Both the position numbers and the translations under genes were made by a program. Below, one piece after another: positions 17,742 through 27,365 of a stretch of 64,000 nt of DNA. The stretch covers positions 1-64,000 of IMG/VR virus record IMGVR_UViG_3300027759_000045. One strand, given 5' to 3'. Position 1 is the first letter of the stretch, and each line of letters starts with the position of its first letter. The notes below the pieces were generated by a model, which had not been told where the DNA came from, made no database searches, and saw nothing but the letters and a program-made list of their open reading frames with translations.

Positions 17742-18061
17742 AAACTTCTGATGTTGATCGTATCATTGATAATCTTGGTGAACAGATAGTCCGGGATATT
17801 GACACCCAGGTTATGATGTCTGCACTGGGATGGATGGCATTTGAGATTAGTGAAGGCACAGTGTACGGACAAAAATACTTGACTGTACACCCAACCAGTG
17901 GCACCAGATGGGACGACATGATGGAGTGGACAGTCAAAACATTTGGCCCCAGTGCTTGGGATGGTGTATGGACTCCGGACCAGCGTTGGTATGCCAACAA
18001 TGCTAAATTTTGGTTCCGCGATGCCAAAGACCTAGAGTGGTTCATGTTGAAGTGGTCATGA
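17738..18061 (+). CDS. Hypothetical protein (FxLxW family)
   Basis: W...TFG...FRDAKDLEWFMLKWS. Confidence 0.65.
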   Translation: MKTSDVDRIIDNLGEQIVRDIDTQVMMSALGWMAFEISEGTVYGQKYLTVHPTSGTRWDDMMEWTVKTFGPSAWDGVWTPDQRWYANNAKFWFRDAKDLEWFMLKWS

Positions 18062-18270
18062 CCATTGTAAAACTACACAACAAGCGTGTGGATGAAATGT
18101 TGTTGATTGTGCATGACCTAAAGCATCAAGGGCTACGACAAGGAGCAGATTTTGATTTTGCGTATTATCAGCCTAGGTGGGACAACATGACAGGAGATGT
18201 TCCGGGTTATGTTGAATTTAGATTTTATGACAGTAAATGGGCAAGCTGGTTCAGTTTAAAATGGACATGA
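18058..18270 (+). CDS. Hypothetical protein (FxLxW family)
   Basis: FRFYDSKWASWFSLKWT. Confidence 0.6.
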   Translation: MTIVKLHNKRVDEMLLIVHDLKHQGLRQGADFDFAYYQPRWDNMTGDVPGYVEFRFYDSKWASWFSLKWT

Positions 18271-18308
18271 AGAAAAAACGTTTATTAACCTATAGAGGAG
18301 AAAGTGAA

Positions 18309-18728
18309 ATGGCCGCAGACATGTGGGAAAAGCAAGAAGTGGTTCGTCTGCTCCGAGGAGCACCGGGCACACAATATCAAGAAGCAGATGACACAAACCG
18401 ACATGTCATACGTGACTGGGTACGAGGTCTGTTGCAACAACAACCTATCACAGTGACATTTACCAAAGCAGACGGCACAGATCGTAGTATGCGATGCACA
18501 CTGAACTGGGATTTGATTCCAGAAAAACCCCCAATGGCTTTTATATCACACAGTGCTTCTATTGTAGGGCGTGTTGATGGGCTAGTAACAGAAACCAAAA
18601 AATCACGAAAAGAACCAAAAGAACCCGATCCTGCTGTGATCAAAGTGTGGGATCTGGACGCCGGATCCTGGCGCAGTTTCCGAATGGACCGACTGAAGAA
18701 GATCACAGCAGAACTCAGTTTCGAATAA
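18309..18728 (+). CDS. WYL_2/Sm-like SH3-barrel phage protein
   Basis: VTFTKADGTDRSMRCTL and VWDLDAGSWRSFR; start 18309 (GAGGAG SD) or 18267. Confidence 0.7.
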   Translation: MAADMWEKQEVVRLLRGAPGTQYQEADDTNRHVIRDWVRGLLQQQPITVTFTKADGTDRSMRCTLNWDLIPEKPPMAFISHSASIVGRVDGLVTETKKSRKEPKEPDPAVIKVWDLDAGSWRSFRMDRLKKITAELSFE

Positions 18729-18738
18729 GTAATTGCTT

Positions 18739-18957
18739 ATGGCAAAAGAAGAAACAATCAACATGGAAGGTCGGGTGGAGGAGATTTTACCAGCTGCCAT
18801 GTTTAGAATTAAATTAGACAGTGTAGATAACATAGTGTTAGGGCATCTAAGCGGACGTATGCGTACCAACAACATCAAAGTGTTGCTGGGCGACCGCGTA
18901 GAAATTGAATTTACTCCGTATGATCTAACTCGTGGACGTATTACACGTAGGAAATAA
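18739..18957 (+). CDS. infA: Translation initiation factor IF-1
   Basis: [17 protein letters not shown]...[24 protein letters not shown]. Confidence 0.95.
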   Translation: MAKEETINMEGRVEEILPAAMFRIKLDSVDNIVLGHLSGRMRTNNIKVLLGDRVEIEFTPYDLTRGRITRRK

Positions 18958-18960
18958 ATA
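18955..18960 (+). promoter_or_regulatory. TAAATA late-type box overlapping the infA stop codon
   Basis: TAAATA-caac-ATG. Confidence 0.6.
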
Positions 18961-18964
18961 CAAC

Positions 18965-19513
18965 ATGGAACTACGTGATCATATTAATCTGCTGGAAGCC
19001 AGCACTCGTCCAGCCAAACTGGAAACTACACCACTACCTTACGGTGAAAAAGACCTTGAGCCAGTGTTGAGTAAAGAAAGTTTAGAATACCATTATGGGC
19101 ATTTGGCCCGAGGCTATGCCAAGCGTTACAACGCAGGCGAAGGCAACGCAGATTTTAATCGTGCTGGTAGTTTTTTACACAACAAATTCTTCCCTCAGCT
19201 TAGGGCTCCCAAAGGCGCCAACAGACCAAAGGGCGCAGTGTTGGCACTGATAGAAGAACATTTTACCACTTACGAAGACTTCAAAGATGCAGTGAAAGAA
19301 ACTGCCATGAAAATCCAAGGCTCTGGATGGGTTTATCTCAGCACCAGTGGCACAATTAAAACAATTGCTAACCATGCAGTACGCACAGATATATGTGTGC
19401 TTATTGATTGGTGGGAACATGTGTGGGCACTGGACTACCAGTGGGACAAAGAAAAATACCTGGACAATATCTGGAAGATTATTGACTGGGATGTTTGTAA
19501 CGAAAGACTATAA
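18965..19513 (+). CDS. Fe/Mn superoxide dismutase
   Basis: LPY...LEP, EYHY, LHNKFF, GSGW, DWWEH metal ligands. Confidence 0.9.
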   Translation: MELRDHINLLEASTRPAKLETTPLPYGEKDLEPVLSKESLEYHYGHLARGYAKRYNAGEGNADFNRAGSFLHNKFFPQLRAPKGANRPKGAVLALIEEHFTTYEDFKDAVKETAMKIQGSGWVYLSTSGTIKTIANHAVRTDICVLIDWWEHVWALDYQWDKEKYLDNIWKIIDWDVCNERL

Positions 19514-19836
19514 TGATATTAGAATCCAGCGCAATAGTAAAACTCAAAGACTTATTGGCAGAAGAAAACAACCCGGATATTAAACTACGTGTGTTTGTTC
19601 AGGGCGGCGGCTGTTCGGGAATGAGCTATGGGTTTACACTGGACGAAGTACAAAACGAAGACGACATGGACTTTGAATATGATTCAGTGCGAGTGCTGGT
19701 AGACAGCATCAGCTATCAATACCTGGAAAAAGCCAGCATTCGTTACGAAGAAGGCCCAATGGGCAGTAGTTTTGCCATCAACAACCCCGAAGCAGTTTCA
19801 ACTTGCGGGTGTGGCAGTAGTTTTAGTCCGGGCTAA
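19513..19836 (+). CDS. erpA: A-type Fe-S carrier (ErpA/IscA/HesB family)
   Basis: LRVFVQGGGCSG..YGF and NP.A..TCGCGSSF. Confidence 0.88.
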   Translation: MILESSAIVKLKDLLAEENNPDIKLRVFVQGGGCSGMSYGFTLDEVQNEDDMDFEYDSVRVLVDSISYQYLEKASIRYEEGPMGSSFAINNPEAVSTCGCGSSFSPG

Positions 19837-19864
19837 CACAAAACACCGAGCGTGAGTAATCTGG

Positions 19865-19870
19865 TAAATA
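19865..19870 (+). promoter_or_regulatory. TAAATA late-type box
   Basis: Upstream of the structural operon. Confidence 0.6.
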
Positions 19871-19892
19871 CAATACCAGAGGACTCAAATAT

Positions 19893-21845
19893 ATGGCTCG
19901 TGAAATTATCAATGTAGGTGCGGCTCCGAATGACGGACAAGGCGATCCCATACGCACTGCGTTTACTAAAACAAACAACAATTTTGGAGAACTTTACTCC
20001 AGAATTCAAACTGTACCTCCTGTTGCGTTAACAGGCAGCGTAGGCGATGTTGCAGGCATGACTGCGTACGACGCAGAATATTACTATTATTGTTTTGCAA
20101 ATTACAACGGATCCAGTATAATTTGGAGAGAAGTTCCAAATGCCGCCCAGGCCAATATCACTGCTTTGTCGGCAACCGGCAACATCACAGCCAGTTATTA
20201 CATTGGTAATGGCAGCCAACTCACTGGGGTAATAGCCACCGCTGGTCCGGCTATTGTCAATGGCAATACCAATATTACCCTGGCCAACAACGGCAATGCA
20301 ACCATAACAATCAACGGTACATCAAACGTTGCTGTGTTCACAACCACAGGTGTTGCCATATCTGGTAATGTCACTGCTGGCACACTCAGTACAACCGGCA
20401 ATGTCAGTGCTGGAAACTTGCGCACAACTGGTGCTGTAAGTGCCACTGGTATTGTTTATTCAGCAGGTGGATTGGAGACAGCAGGCGCAGCCAGTGCAAC
20501 TGGTACTGTGACCGGCGGTAATGTTGTGACCGGAGGCTTAGTAAGTGCAACTGGAAATGCCACACTAGGAAATATCACAACCGGCGGCACAATAAGTTCT
20601 GTTGGAAATATCAACACATCTGCAAATGTTGTTGCTGTTGGAAACGTCTCTGGCACCTACATCATTGGCGACGGCGGCTATCTAAGCAATGTCACTGTGG
20701 TCAGCAACGTGGCTGTGACACAGATTGCCAATGGCACATCTATTCTGTCAGTTGCAGGGTCGGCTGGAAATATTGTGGTCAACGTCAATGGTGTTTCAAA
20801 TGTGGCACAGTTTGTACCCAATGGCATAGAAGTCCTGGGCAATGTAAATTCTGCAAATATCTATCTGACAGGAAGATTTGTAAGTGTTGGCAATGTCACT
20901 GGCAGTAACTTATTGGCCACTTCTGGTGTTATTGCCACCGGAAATGTCACCGGTGCGCATGTAAACTCAGATTTGACCATGTCGGCCTCGGGCAACATCA
21001 CCGGAGGCAACCTACGCACCGTTGGAAGTGTCAGTGCCACAGGTAATGTCACCAGCGGCAATGTTGTAACAGGTGGATTGATCAGTGCGACTGGAAATAT
21101 ATTTGGCAACATTATCAGTGCCACTGGCAATGTCAATGCTGCAGATGCATATCTGTCAGGACGATTTGTAAGTGTTGGTAACGTCACTGGCAGTAACTTA
21201 AGGGCTACTTCTGATGTTGTGGCCACTGGAAATGTCACTGGCGGCCAGGTAATCTCAAATTCAACCATGTCAGCCGTGGGCAACATCACTGGCAGCTATT
21301 TCTTTGGCAATGGTAGTCAATTAACTGGCGTAGTTGCCAACAGCACAGGCACCTTGGCCTCACTGAGTGTGACTGGAAACACAACCACTGGCAATTTATT
21401 CACCAGCGGTGCGGTAAGCGCCACCGGCAATGTGATTGGGTCATATTTTGTTGGTACTGCTACCTCAGCACAATACGCTGACATAGCAGAAAACTACACA
21501 GCAGATGCTGAGTATGAGCCTGGCACAGTGCTGGAATTTGGTGGTAACAAAGAAGTTACCATTGCCACAGACGAAACTGCACGAGTTGCAGGAATTGTAT
21601 CCACTCAACCTGCACATTTGATGAACAGCATGTTGAACAGTGAGCATGTGGTGGCAGTGGCTTTATTGGGCCGAGTTCCATGTCGAGTGCGTGGCACAGT
21701 TGTCAAAGGCGACATGCTTGTATCAACAGGCAACGGATATGCTCGAGCTAAACAAAACCCAATGATGGGCACTGTGATTGGCAAAGCGTTAGAAGCATCA
21801 ACTGGTGATCACAGTATTATTGAAGTTGTTGTTGGAAGACTATAA
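19893..21845 (+). CDS. Tail fibre protein with gp9/10-like N-terminus and C-terminal intramolecular chaperone-like domain
   Basis: INVGAAPNDGQGDPIRTAF; SATGNVTGGN repeats; YADIAENY..D..YEPGTV, VAL.GRVP. Confidence 0.8.
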   Translation: MAREIINVGAAPNDGQGDPIRTAFTKTNNNFGELYSRIQTVPPVALTGSVGDVAGMTAYDAEYYYYCFANYNGSSIIWREVPNAAQANITALSATGNITASYYIGNGSQLTGVIATAGPAIVNGNTNITLANNGNATITINGTSNVAVFTTTGVAISGNVTAGTLSTTGNVSAGNLRTTGAVSATGIVYSAGGLETAGAASATGTVTGGNVVTGGLVSATGNATLGNITTGGTISSVGNINTSANVVAVGNVSGTYIIGDGGYLSNVTVVSNVAVTQIANGTSILSVAGSAGNIVVNVNGVSNVAQFVPNGIEVLGNVNSANIYLTGRFVSVGNVTGSNLLATSGVIATGNVTGAHVNSDLTMSASGNITGGNLRTVGSVSATGNVTSGNVVTGGLISATGNIFGNIISATGNVNAADAYLSGRFVSVGNVTGSNLRATSDVVATGNVTGGQVISNSTMSAVGNITGSYFFGNGSQLTGVVANSTGTLASLSVTGNTTTGNLFTSGAVSATGNVIGSYFVGTATSAQYADIAENYTADAEYEPGTVLEFGGNKEVTIATDETARVAGIVSTQPAHLMNSMLNSEHVVAVALLGRVPCRVRGTVVKGDMLVSTGNGYARAKQNPMMGTVIGKALEASTGDHSIIEVVVGRL

Positions 21846-24362
21846 ATGACAGCGCAACCAGTGTGGCTTACTCCTGCAGGTAATTTAGGAACATATCCTG
21901 AGGGTGTGTTCTTTCAATTGCCATTACTAGCAGAAGTTGTAGATGACACTCTGTACTACAGATTGATTGCTGGAGAATTACCTGCAGGTGTACAATTGAC
22001 AGATCTTGGTGCAATCGTAGGAATCCCGTCAGTTGATGTACAAGGTGTTCCTGGTCTGGTGTCCAGAGATACAGTTAGTAAGTTTGCAGTTCGTGCCTAT
22101 ACAAAGAAAACAGTTGGTACGGTTACTGTGGTCAACAGACTTGCCGATCGAACATTTAGCATAACAGTGTCCGGACAAAACGTTCCGGAGTTCATCACAC
22201 CGCCTGGAAACATTGCCACATATTTTGATGGCAGTCAAGTGACAGATTTGCAAATTCAGTACACTGACACCGACCCATTGGATGTGGTAATTGTGAGACT
22301 GATTGCAGGAACGTTGCCGCCCGGAACCACTATAACTACCAAAGGAGTTATATCAGGATTTATTACTCCGGAAGCGCCAAGCGGTGGTGTTGCAGGATTT
22401 TCTAGGGATGGTCAGGGATATGATGAATATGATTTCGACTTTTCCACAAATAGTTTAAATATAAATTATGAATTTATTCTCGAAGTCACTGATGGCAAAG
22501 CCAGTAATATACGTACATTTAGCATTCAAGTATACAGTCGAGACAGTTTGACTGCGGACACAACAGATTTTACTGCAGATAACACATTCATCACAGCCGA
22601 CGGTACTCCGATACGTCCACCCATACTGCTAACACCAGAAGGCAGCATTGGAACTGTTCGCAACGACAACTTCTTTGCATTCAAATTTGACGGAATCGAC
22701 CTCGACGATAATGCAATTGTATATGATATTATTGTAGGTCAGGGGGTTGGCTACGACTCAGATCCGTACGACACAACAGGATTTGATCGCGGCGCTTATG
22801 AGTTACCGCCTGGTGTGACTCTTGATCCAAACAGTGGTTGGTTATATGGTTATATTCCTGACACTGGATTGACCGAACAAACATACTATTTTACTGTGCG
22901 TGTTTCCCAACTTGATAATCCTGATATAAGTAGTCCTTATCAAAGTTACAGTTTGACCATCATTGGACAAATTGGCACAGACATAGTTTGGACAACACCC
23001 GGCACAGCAGTTGATCGCGCTAAAGACCCCAGCCCATTGGGAACTATCAACACCGGCTCAATAAGCACACTGTACGTTGCTGCCGTTAACGTAGACGGCA
23101 TTGGCCTAGAATACAGACTTAAATCTGGCAGTGACAGTAGTTTGCCGCAGGGGTTAGAGTTGATGCCTTCGGGCAACATTGTCGGGCGTGTCAGTTTTAA
23201 TACATTTGCCGTGGATGGTGGCACAACAACTTTTGACGTGGCCAGTGTCAATCGTACCGTGACCAGTCCAACAACATTTGACATGGAATTTGTTTTCACA
23301 GTCGAAGCATTCAATGGTGGTAGTAATGTCAGTGTGTATAAAACTTTCTCTGTGGTTGTGAATAGAGCATTTAATACTCCCTACGAGAATTTGTATATTC
23401 AAGCAATGCCGCCACAGAACGATCGAGATCTGATCAACAATTTGTTGCAAGATTCAGTTGTTATTCCGATTGAATCATTATATCGACGGGATGATCCAAA
23501 CTTTGGCCGTGCCACACAGGTGGTTTATGATCACGCTTATGGATTGACCGCGGCCACTTATATAGATTATGTGTCTAGTTTGTATCTGAATCATTACTGG
23601 AAAAACCTAGTACTGGGAGAAATTTCCACAGCACGGGCATTGGATCCTGTCACTGGCGCTGTTGTGTATGAAGTTGTGTACAGCCGCGTGATTGACAATT
23701 TGGTCAACAATTCGGGTCAAAGCGTTGGCAAACAAGTTGTTATTCCTTATCCAATAGATCCAAATACCCTGGCAGAAATTGATGTGGTATATCCCAACAG
23801 CTTGATAAACATGCGTGATCAAGTGATTGATGTTGTTGGACAAGAAAGTAATTTGTTACCATTATGGATGTTGTCGAAACAAACTGATGGCCGTGTGTTG
23901 GGATTTACACCAGCCTGGGTTATTGCCTATGTGAATCCAGGACAAAGCGGACAAGTTGCTTATAATATACGTACACAATTTGGAGCAAGATTAAATCTAA
24001 TAGACTTCCAGGTTGACCGTTACGAATTAGATCGTGCATTGACACACAACTGGAGTCCTGAATACGAACAGTGGGAGCCACAGCCGCCGGCAGAAACAAC
24101 ATTTGATCTGTCGCCTGGGCCGCAGACTGTGTTCGATGGCGGAAGTTTACGATTCATCACTCCTGTGGATATATACCTTGACAGCAACACACAAGACTAC
24201 GACAAGTATCTGGTGTTCCCAAGAAGAAACATTATTTCTCCAGTTACTCCGATTATTCCTTCACAACCAGTGGGATGGACTAATAATTCTGTCCAACCAG
24301 TTGAATGGGTCAACGATGATACCGATGCAGTTGAATGGATAAATGATCCATCGCAACTTTAA
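21846..24362 (+). CDS. Baseplate/structural protein with Ig-like repeats
   Basis: Repeated W.TP.G.LG and LP.G..L...G.I.G motifs. Confidence 0.7.
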   Translation: MTAQPVWLTPAGNLGTYPEGVFFQLPLLAEVVDDTLYYRLIAGELPAGVQLTDLGAIVGIPSVDVQGVPGLVSRDTVSKFAVRAYTKKTVGTVTVVNRLADRTFSITVSGQNVPEFITPPGNIATYFDGSQVTDLQIQYTDTDPLDVVIVRLIAGTLPPGTTITTKGVISGFITPEAPSGGVAGFSRDGQGYDEYDFDFSTNSLNINYEFILEVTDGKASNIRTFSIQVYSRDSLTADTTDFTADNTFITADGTPIRPPILLTPEGSIGTVRNDNFFAFKFDGIDLDDNAIVYDIIVGQGVGYDSDPYDTTGFDRGAYELPPGVTLDPNSGWLYGYIPDTGLTEQTYYFTVRVSQLDNPDISSPYQSYSLTIIGQIGTDIVWTTPGTAVDRAKDPSPLGTINTGSISTLYVAAVNVDGIGLEYRLKSGSDSSLPQGLELMPSGNIVGRVSFNTFAVDGGTTTFDVASVNRTVTSPTTFDMEFVFTVEAFNGGSNVSVYKTFSVVVNRAFNTPYENLYIQAMPPQNDRDLINNLLQDSVVIPIESLYRRDDPNFGRATQVVYDHAYGLTAATYIDYVSSLYLNHYWKNLVLGEISTARALDPVTGAVVYEVVYSRVIDNLVNNSGQSVGKQVVIPYPIDPNTLAEIDVVYPNSLINMRDQVIDVVGQESNLLPLWMLSKQTDGRVLGFTPAWVIAYVNPGQSGQVAYNIRTQFGARLNLIDFQVDRYELDRALTHNWSPEYEQWEPQPPAETTFDLSPGPQTVFDGGSLRFITPVDIYLDSNTQDYDKYLVFPRRNIISPVTPIIPSQPVGWTNNSVQPVEWVNDDTDAVEWINDPSQL

Positions 24363-24377
24363 CAAAGAAAGATAACA

Positions 24378-26078
24378 ATGACCGTTCCTTTTAATTTCGC
24401 AACACAATCCGGCAACATACCACTCAGTGAGTTGGATGCAAACTTTGCCAATGTGAGTGCTAGTACTATCACAGCAACTTATGTAACTGGCAATAACCAA
24501 AGCAATATTACCGATGTTGGCACACTGAACAGTTTGGCTGTGTACGGCAATGTGTCGGCTGGTAATGTCTCTACCAATGGTATTGTTAGAGCCAATGCTG
24601 TAATTGGGGTCAACTATACAGGTACAAATGTAAGTGTCACAGGCAACATCACAGGTAGTAATATTTCAGCCACTAGTTATACAGGTACCACTGTCAGTGT
24701 CACAGGCAATGTAACTGGCGGTAATATGCGAACTAGTGGTATCGTAAGTGCCACAGGTAACATCACAGGTGGGAATGTTCTGACAGGTAATCTTACGGTC
24801 AATAATATTTCCAGCGATGACTCAACATACGTGACTGTTACCAATGGATTAGAAATATTTGGCGAGTTAATTTCTGAAGCACTTGATGTAACAGGCAATT
24901 CTATCATGAACAATTTAACAGTTACCGGAAACTTTATTGGTACCGATATCACTGTTAACAGTATCAAAAATGGATCAAGTAATGTTGACATTACCAACAC
25001 AAACGGTAACGTAACAATTGGAGTAGATGGAGTTAGTAATGTGTTGGTTGTGACCAGCACAGGTACTAACGTTGCAGGCACAATTAATGCCACTGGTAAT
25101 ATAACTGCTGGCAACTTGGAATCTGTTAACCTTCTAATCAACCGCATCTCCAGCGATGACTCAACTGCAATAACTGTGTTAGATGGGTTATCAGTGCATG
25201 GTGATATTGATGTAATTGGAGATATATCTGCTACTGGCAATGTAACAGGTGCGGCAATAAGTGCTGTTGGCAATGTAACAGGTGGCAATTTGATAATACC
25301 AATTGGGGGGAAGATAAGAGGTAATTTCTCGACCTCAGTTGCCGCAGGCAGAACAATATTCCAAACATCTGTTGCCAACAACGCTACTATACTTACTGCT
25401 ATTCCCAATGGCACAGGCATCACTGCAGGATTGGTGGCATACAATACAAGCGACACAGTCAATTTTGTAAGCGGAGCAATCCTGGCAAACGCCACTGCTA
25501 TTTCAATTAGATCTTCAAATGTTGGCAACACCGCGCCTCTACCAATATTGTTTGAAACCGGCAATGTAGTTCGGGCCACATTTGATGTTAATGGCAATGT
25601 TGGCATTGGCAACACCACACCTGTTGACACACTCAGCGTGGGAGGCAATGCGTATGTGTCGGGTAATATAACAAGTGGTAACTTGGCAGCCACTAACCAC
25701 ACAGGAACCACAGTAAGTGTGTCGGGTAATGTCACAGGAGGTAATTTGATTACTGTAGGACAAATTAAGAATACTGGATTAGAAGTGGTAGGTGTTAATT
25801 ATGCAACCATAACTGCCAATGCTGCCACATCAAATCTAAGTGCCACTATTTCTACTAACATATTGATTGCTAACAACACAGGGTACACACACACTGTAAA
25901 TATGCCTACAAGCCCAGTTGACGGACAAGTGACACAATTTACAATTTTGGGCAACACAGTAACACTGTTAGTAGGAACAGGTACTGTTACTCCAAGTTTT
26001 GCAGGTAGCACCACTGCAGGTTCTGGGTACACATATGTGTACAGGAATACTGATACCACATGGTACAGATCAATCTGA
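24378..26078 (+). CDS. Tail fibre-like protein
   Basis: IPLSELDANF N-terminus; GNVTGGN repeats; SSDDST modules; GNVGIGNTTP. Confidence 0.75.
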   Translation: MTVPFNFATQSGNIPLSELDANFANVSASTITATYVTGNNQSNITDVGTLNSLAVYGNVSAGNVSTNGIVRANAVIGVNYTGTNVSVTGNITGSNISATSYTGTTVSVTGNVTGGNMRTSGIVSATGNITGGNVLTGNLTVNNISSDDSTYVTVTNGLEIFGELISEALDVTGNSIMNNLTVTGNFIGTDITVNSIKNGSSNVDITNTNGNVTIGVDGVSNVLVVTSTGTNVAGTINATGNITAGNLESVNLLINRISSDDSTAITVLDGLSVHGDIDVIGDISATGNVTGAAISAVGNVTGGNLIIPIGGKIRGNFSTSVAAGRTIFQTSVANNATILTAIPNGTGITAGLVAYNTSDTVNFVSGAILANATAISIRSSNVGNTAPLPILFETGNVVRATFDVNGNVGIGNTTPVDTLSVGGNAYVSGNITSGNLAATNHTGTTVSVSGNVTGGNLITVGQIKNTGLEVVGVNYATITANAATSNLSATISTNILIANNTGYTHTVNMPTSPVDGQVTQFTILGNTVTLLVGTGTVTPSFAGSTTAGSGYTYVYRNTDTTWYRSI

Positions 26079-26095
26079 CCACGGTACAACCGCGC

Positions 26096-26101
26096 TAAAT
26101 A
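26096..26101 (+). promoter_or_regulatory. TAAATA late-type box
   Basis: Upstream of a structural gene. Confidence 0.55.
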
Positions 26102-26124
26102 CACTAACAAATTAGGATAAACAA

Positions 26125-27072
26125 ATGTCATCAAACATTAACCCAAACAACATCGACGGCGCATACCCTGTAGCCGGGCAAGATAACAATTCGCAAGGTT
26201 TTCGTGATAACTTCACCAACACCAAAACCAATTTTCAGTTTGCTGCCGACGAAATTAGCCAATTGCAATCTTACGCTGTGTTAAAGGCAGCACTTACAGG
26301 AACTGTGCTTGACAACAACATGAACGGATCTGTGCTGAGTAATGCGCAATTACAAGACATGTCATTGACTCGTGTGGCATTGGGTACACTAAGTGGAAGT
26401 GTTGGTATCAACTATTCCGCTGGTCATTACCAAACTGTAACAACTGCTGGCAGCATTAGTTTAGCATTCACTAACTTTTCTGCCGCAGGAACGTTGAGTT
26501 TTGTCACTGTACGAGTCACTGTGACAAGTACTGCACACACATTGACGTTGCCGGCGCAAGTTGGAAATGCTAGTGCCAGCACCAGCATCTTGGGTATCGA
26601 AGGCATTGCCAGCAACATTATCACGTTTGCCGAAACAGGCACATACGAATTCCAATTCCACACAGATGACGGTGGCAACACTGTTTATCTAAGTGAGTTG
26701 ACTCGTCCACGAAACTATTTCACTAATAAAATTACAGTGGCTGGCGGCATTACTGTGACCAATGGTGTAGTCGTTGTTGCTGGATCTGAAGATTTGGCAG
26801 CTTCAGCAGCCGCTAGTTTGACCGTACCAACCAGTTACTTCACAACTGCCACTGCCGAAACAGCAACATTGGCAGCAGGTACAAATGGACAAATTAAAAC
26901 ATTTGCCATGTACGGAGACGGTGGTGACATGGTCATTACTGTGACCAACGCAGGATGGAAGTCCAGTGGCACCGGAACTATTACATTTAACACAATCGGC
27001 CAGGCATGTACTTTACAGTACATCAATTCAAAATGGTTCTGTGTCGGCAACAACGGAACAGTGTTTGCTTAA
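26125..27072 (+). CDS. Virion structural protein (baseplate/tail-associated)
   Basis: YPVAGQDNNSQGFRDNF N-terminus; beta-rich. Confidence 0.7.
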   Translation: MSSNINPNNIDGAYPVAGQDNNSQGFRDNFTNTKTNFQFAADEISQLQSYAVLKAALTGTVLDNNMNGSVLSNAQLQDMSLTRVALGTLSGSVGINYSAGHYQTVTTAGSISLAFTNFSAAGTLSFVTVRVTVTSTAHTLTLPAQVGNASASTSILGIEGIASNIITFAETGTYEFQFHTDDGGNTVYLSELTRPRNYFTNKITVAGGITVTNGVVVVAGSEDLAASAAASLTVPTSYFTTATAETATLAAGTNGQIKTFAMYGDGGDMVITVTNAGWKSSGTGTITFNTIGQACTLQYINSKWFCVGNNGTVFA

Positions 27073-27077
27073 CCAAA

Positions 27078-27110
27078 CAGGTTGATCTTTACATCAACCT
27101 GCTGTACAAT
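27078..27110 (+). promoter_or_regulatory. Sigma70-type promoter overlapped by a 9-bp inverted repeat
   Basis: caggttgat-ctttac-atcaacctg; TTGATC-17nt-TACAAT. Confidence 0.6.
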
Positions 27111-27116
27111 TAACGC

Positions 27117-27365
27117 ATGGAACATCCGTTAATACCCAGTGTAGACTCGTTGACCATTGACGAGCTGGGCGGTAAAATATCAGAACTCAACAAAAAAATG
27201 GGCATTGCTCTCCGTATGGGCAATACCGAACTGGTACGTCAAATTCAAATGGCAATTGAAACGTATCAGACCAAATACACAGAAAAATCCACAGCTCTGT
27301 TCAACAAGCAAAACAACAAAGATGGATCAGGTCCCAACTTTGATCAAATCATCGACATATCATGA
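27117..27365 (+). CDS. Hypothetical protein
   Basis: 82 aa ORF. Confidence 0.65.
   Translation: MEHPLIPSVDSLTIDELGGKISELNKKMGIALRMGNTELVRQIQMAIETYQTKYTEKSTALFNKQNNKDGSGPNFDQIIDIS

Noticed and set aside
20028-27053. Long minus-strand ORFs such as 24677-25735 and 20861-21289
   Set aside because: Antisense artefacts of repetitive G/N/T/V codons in the fibre genes
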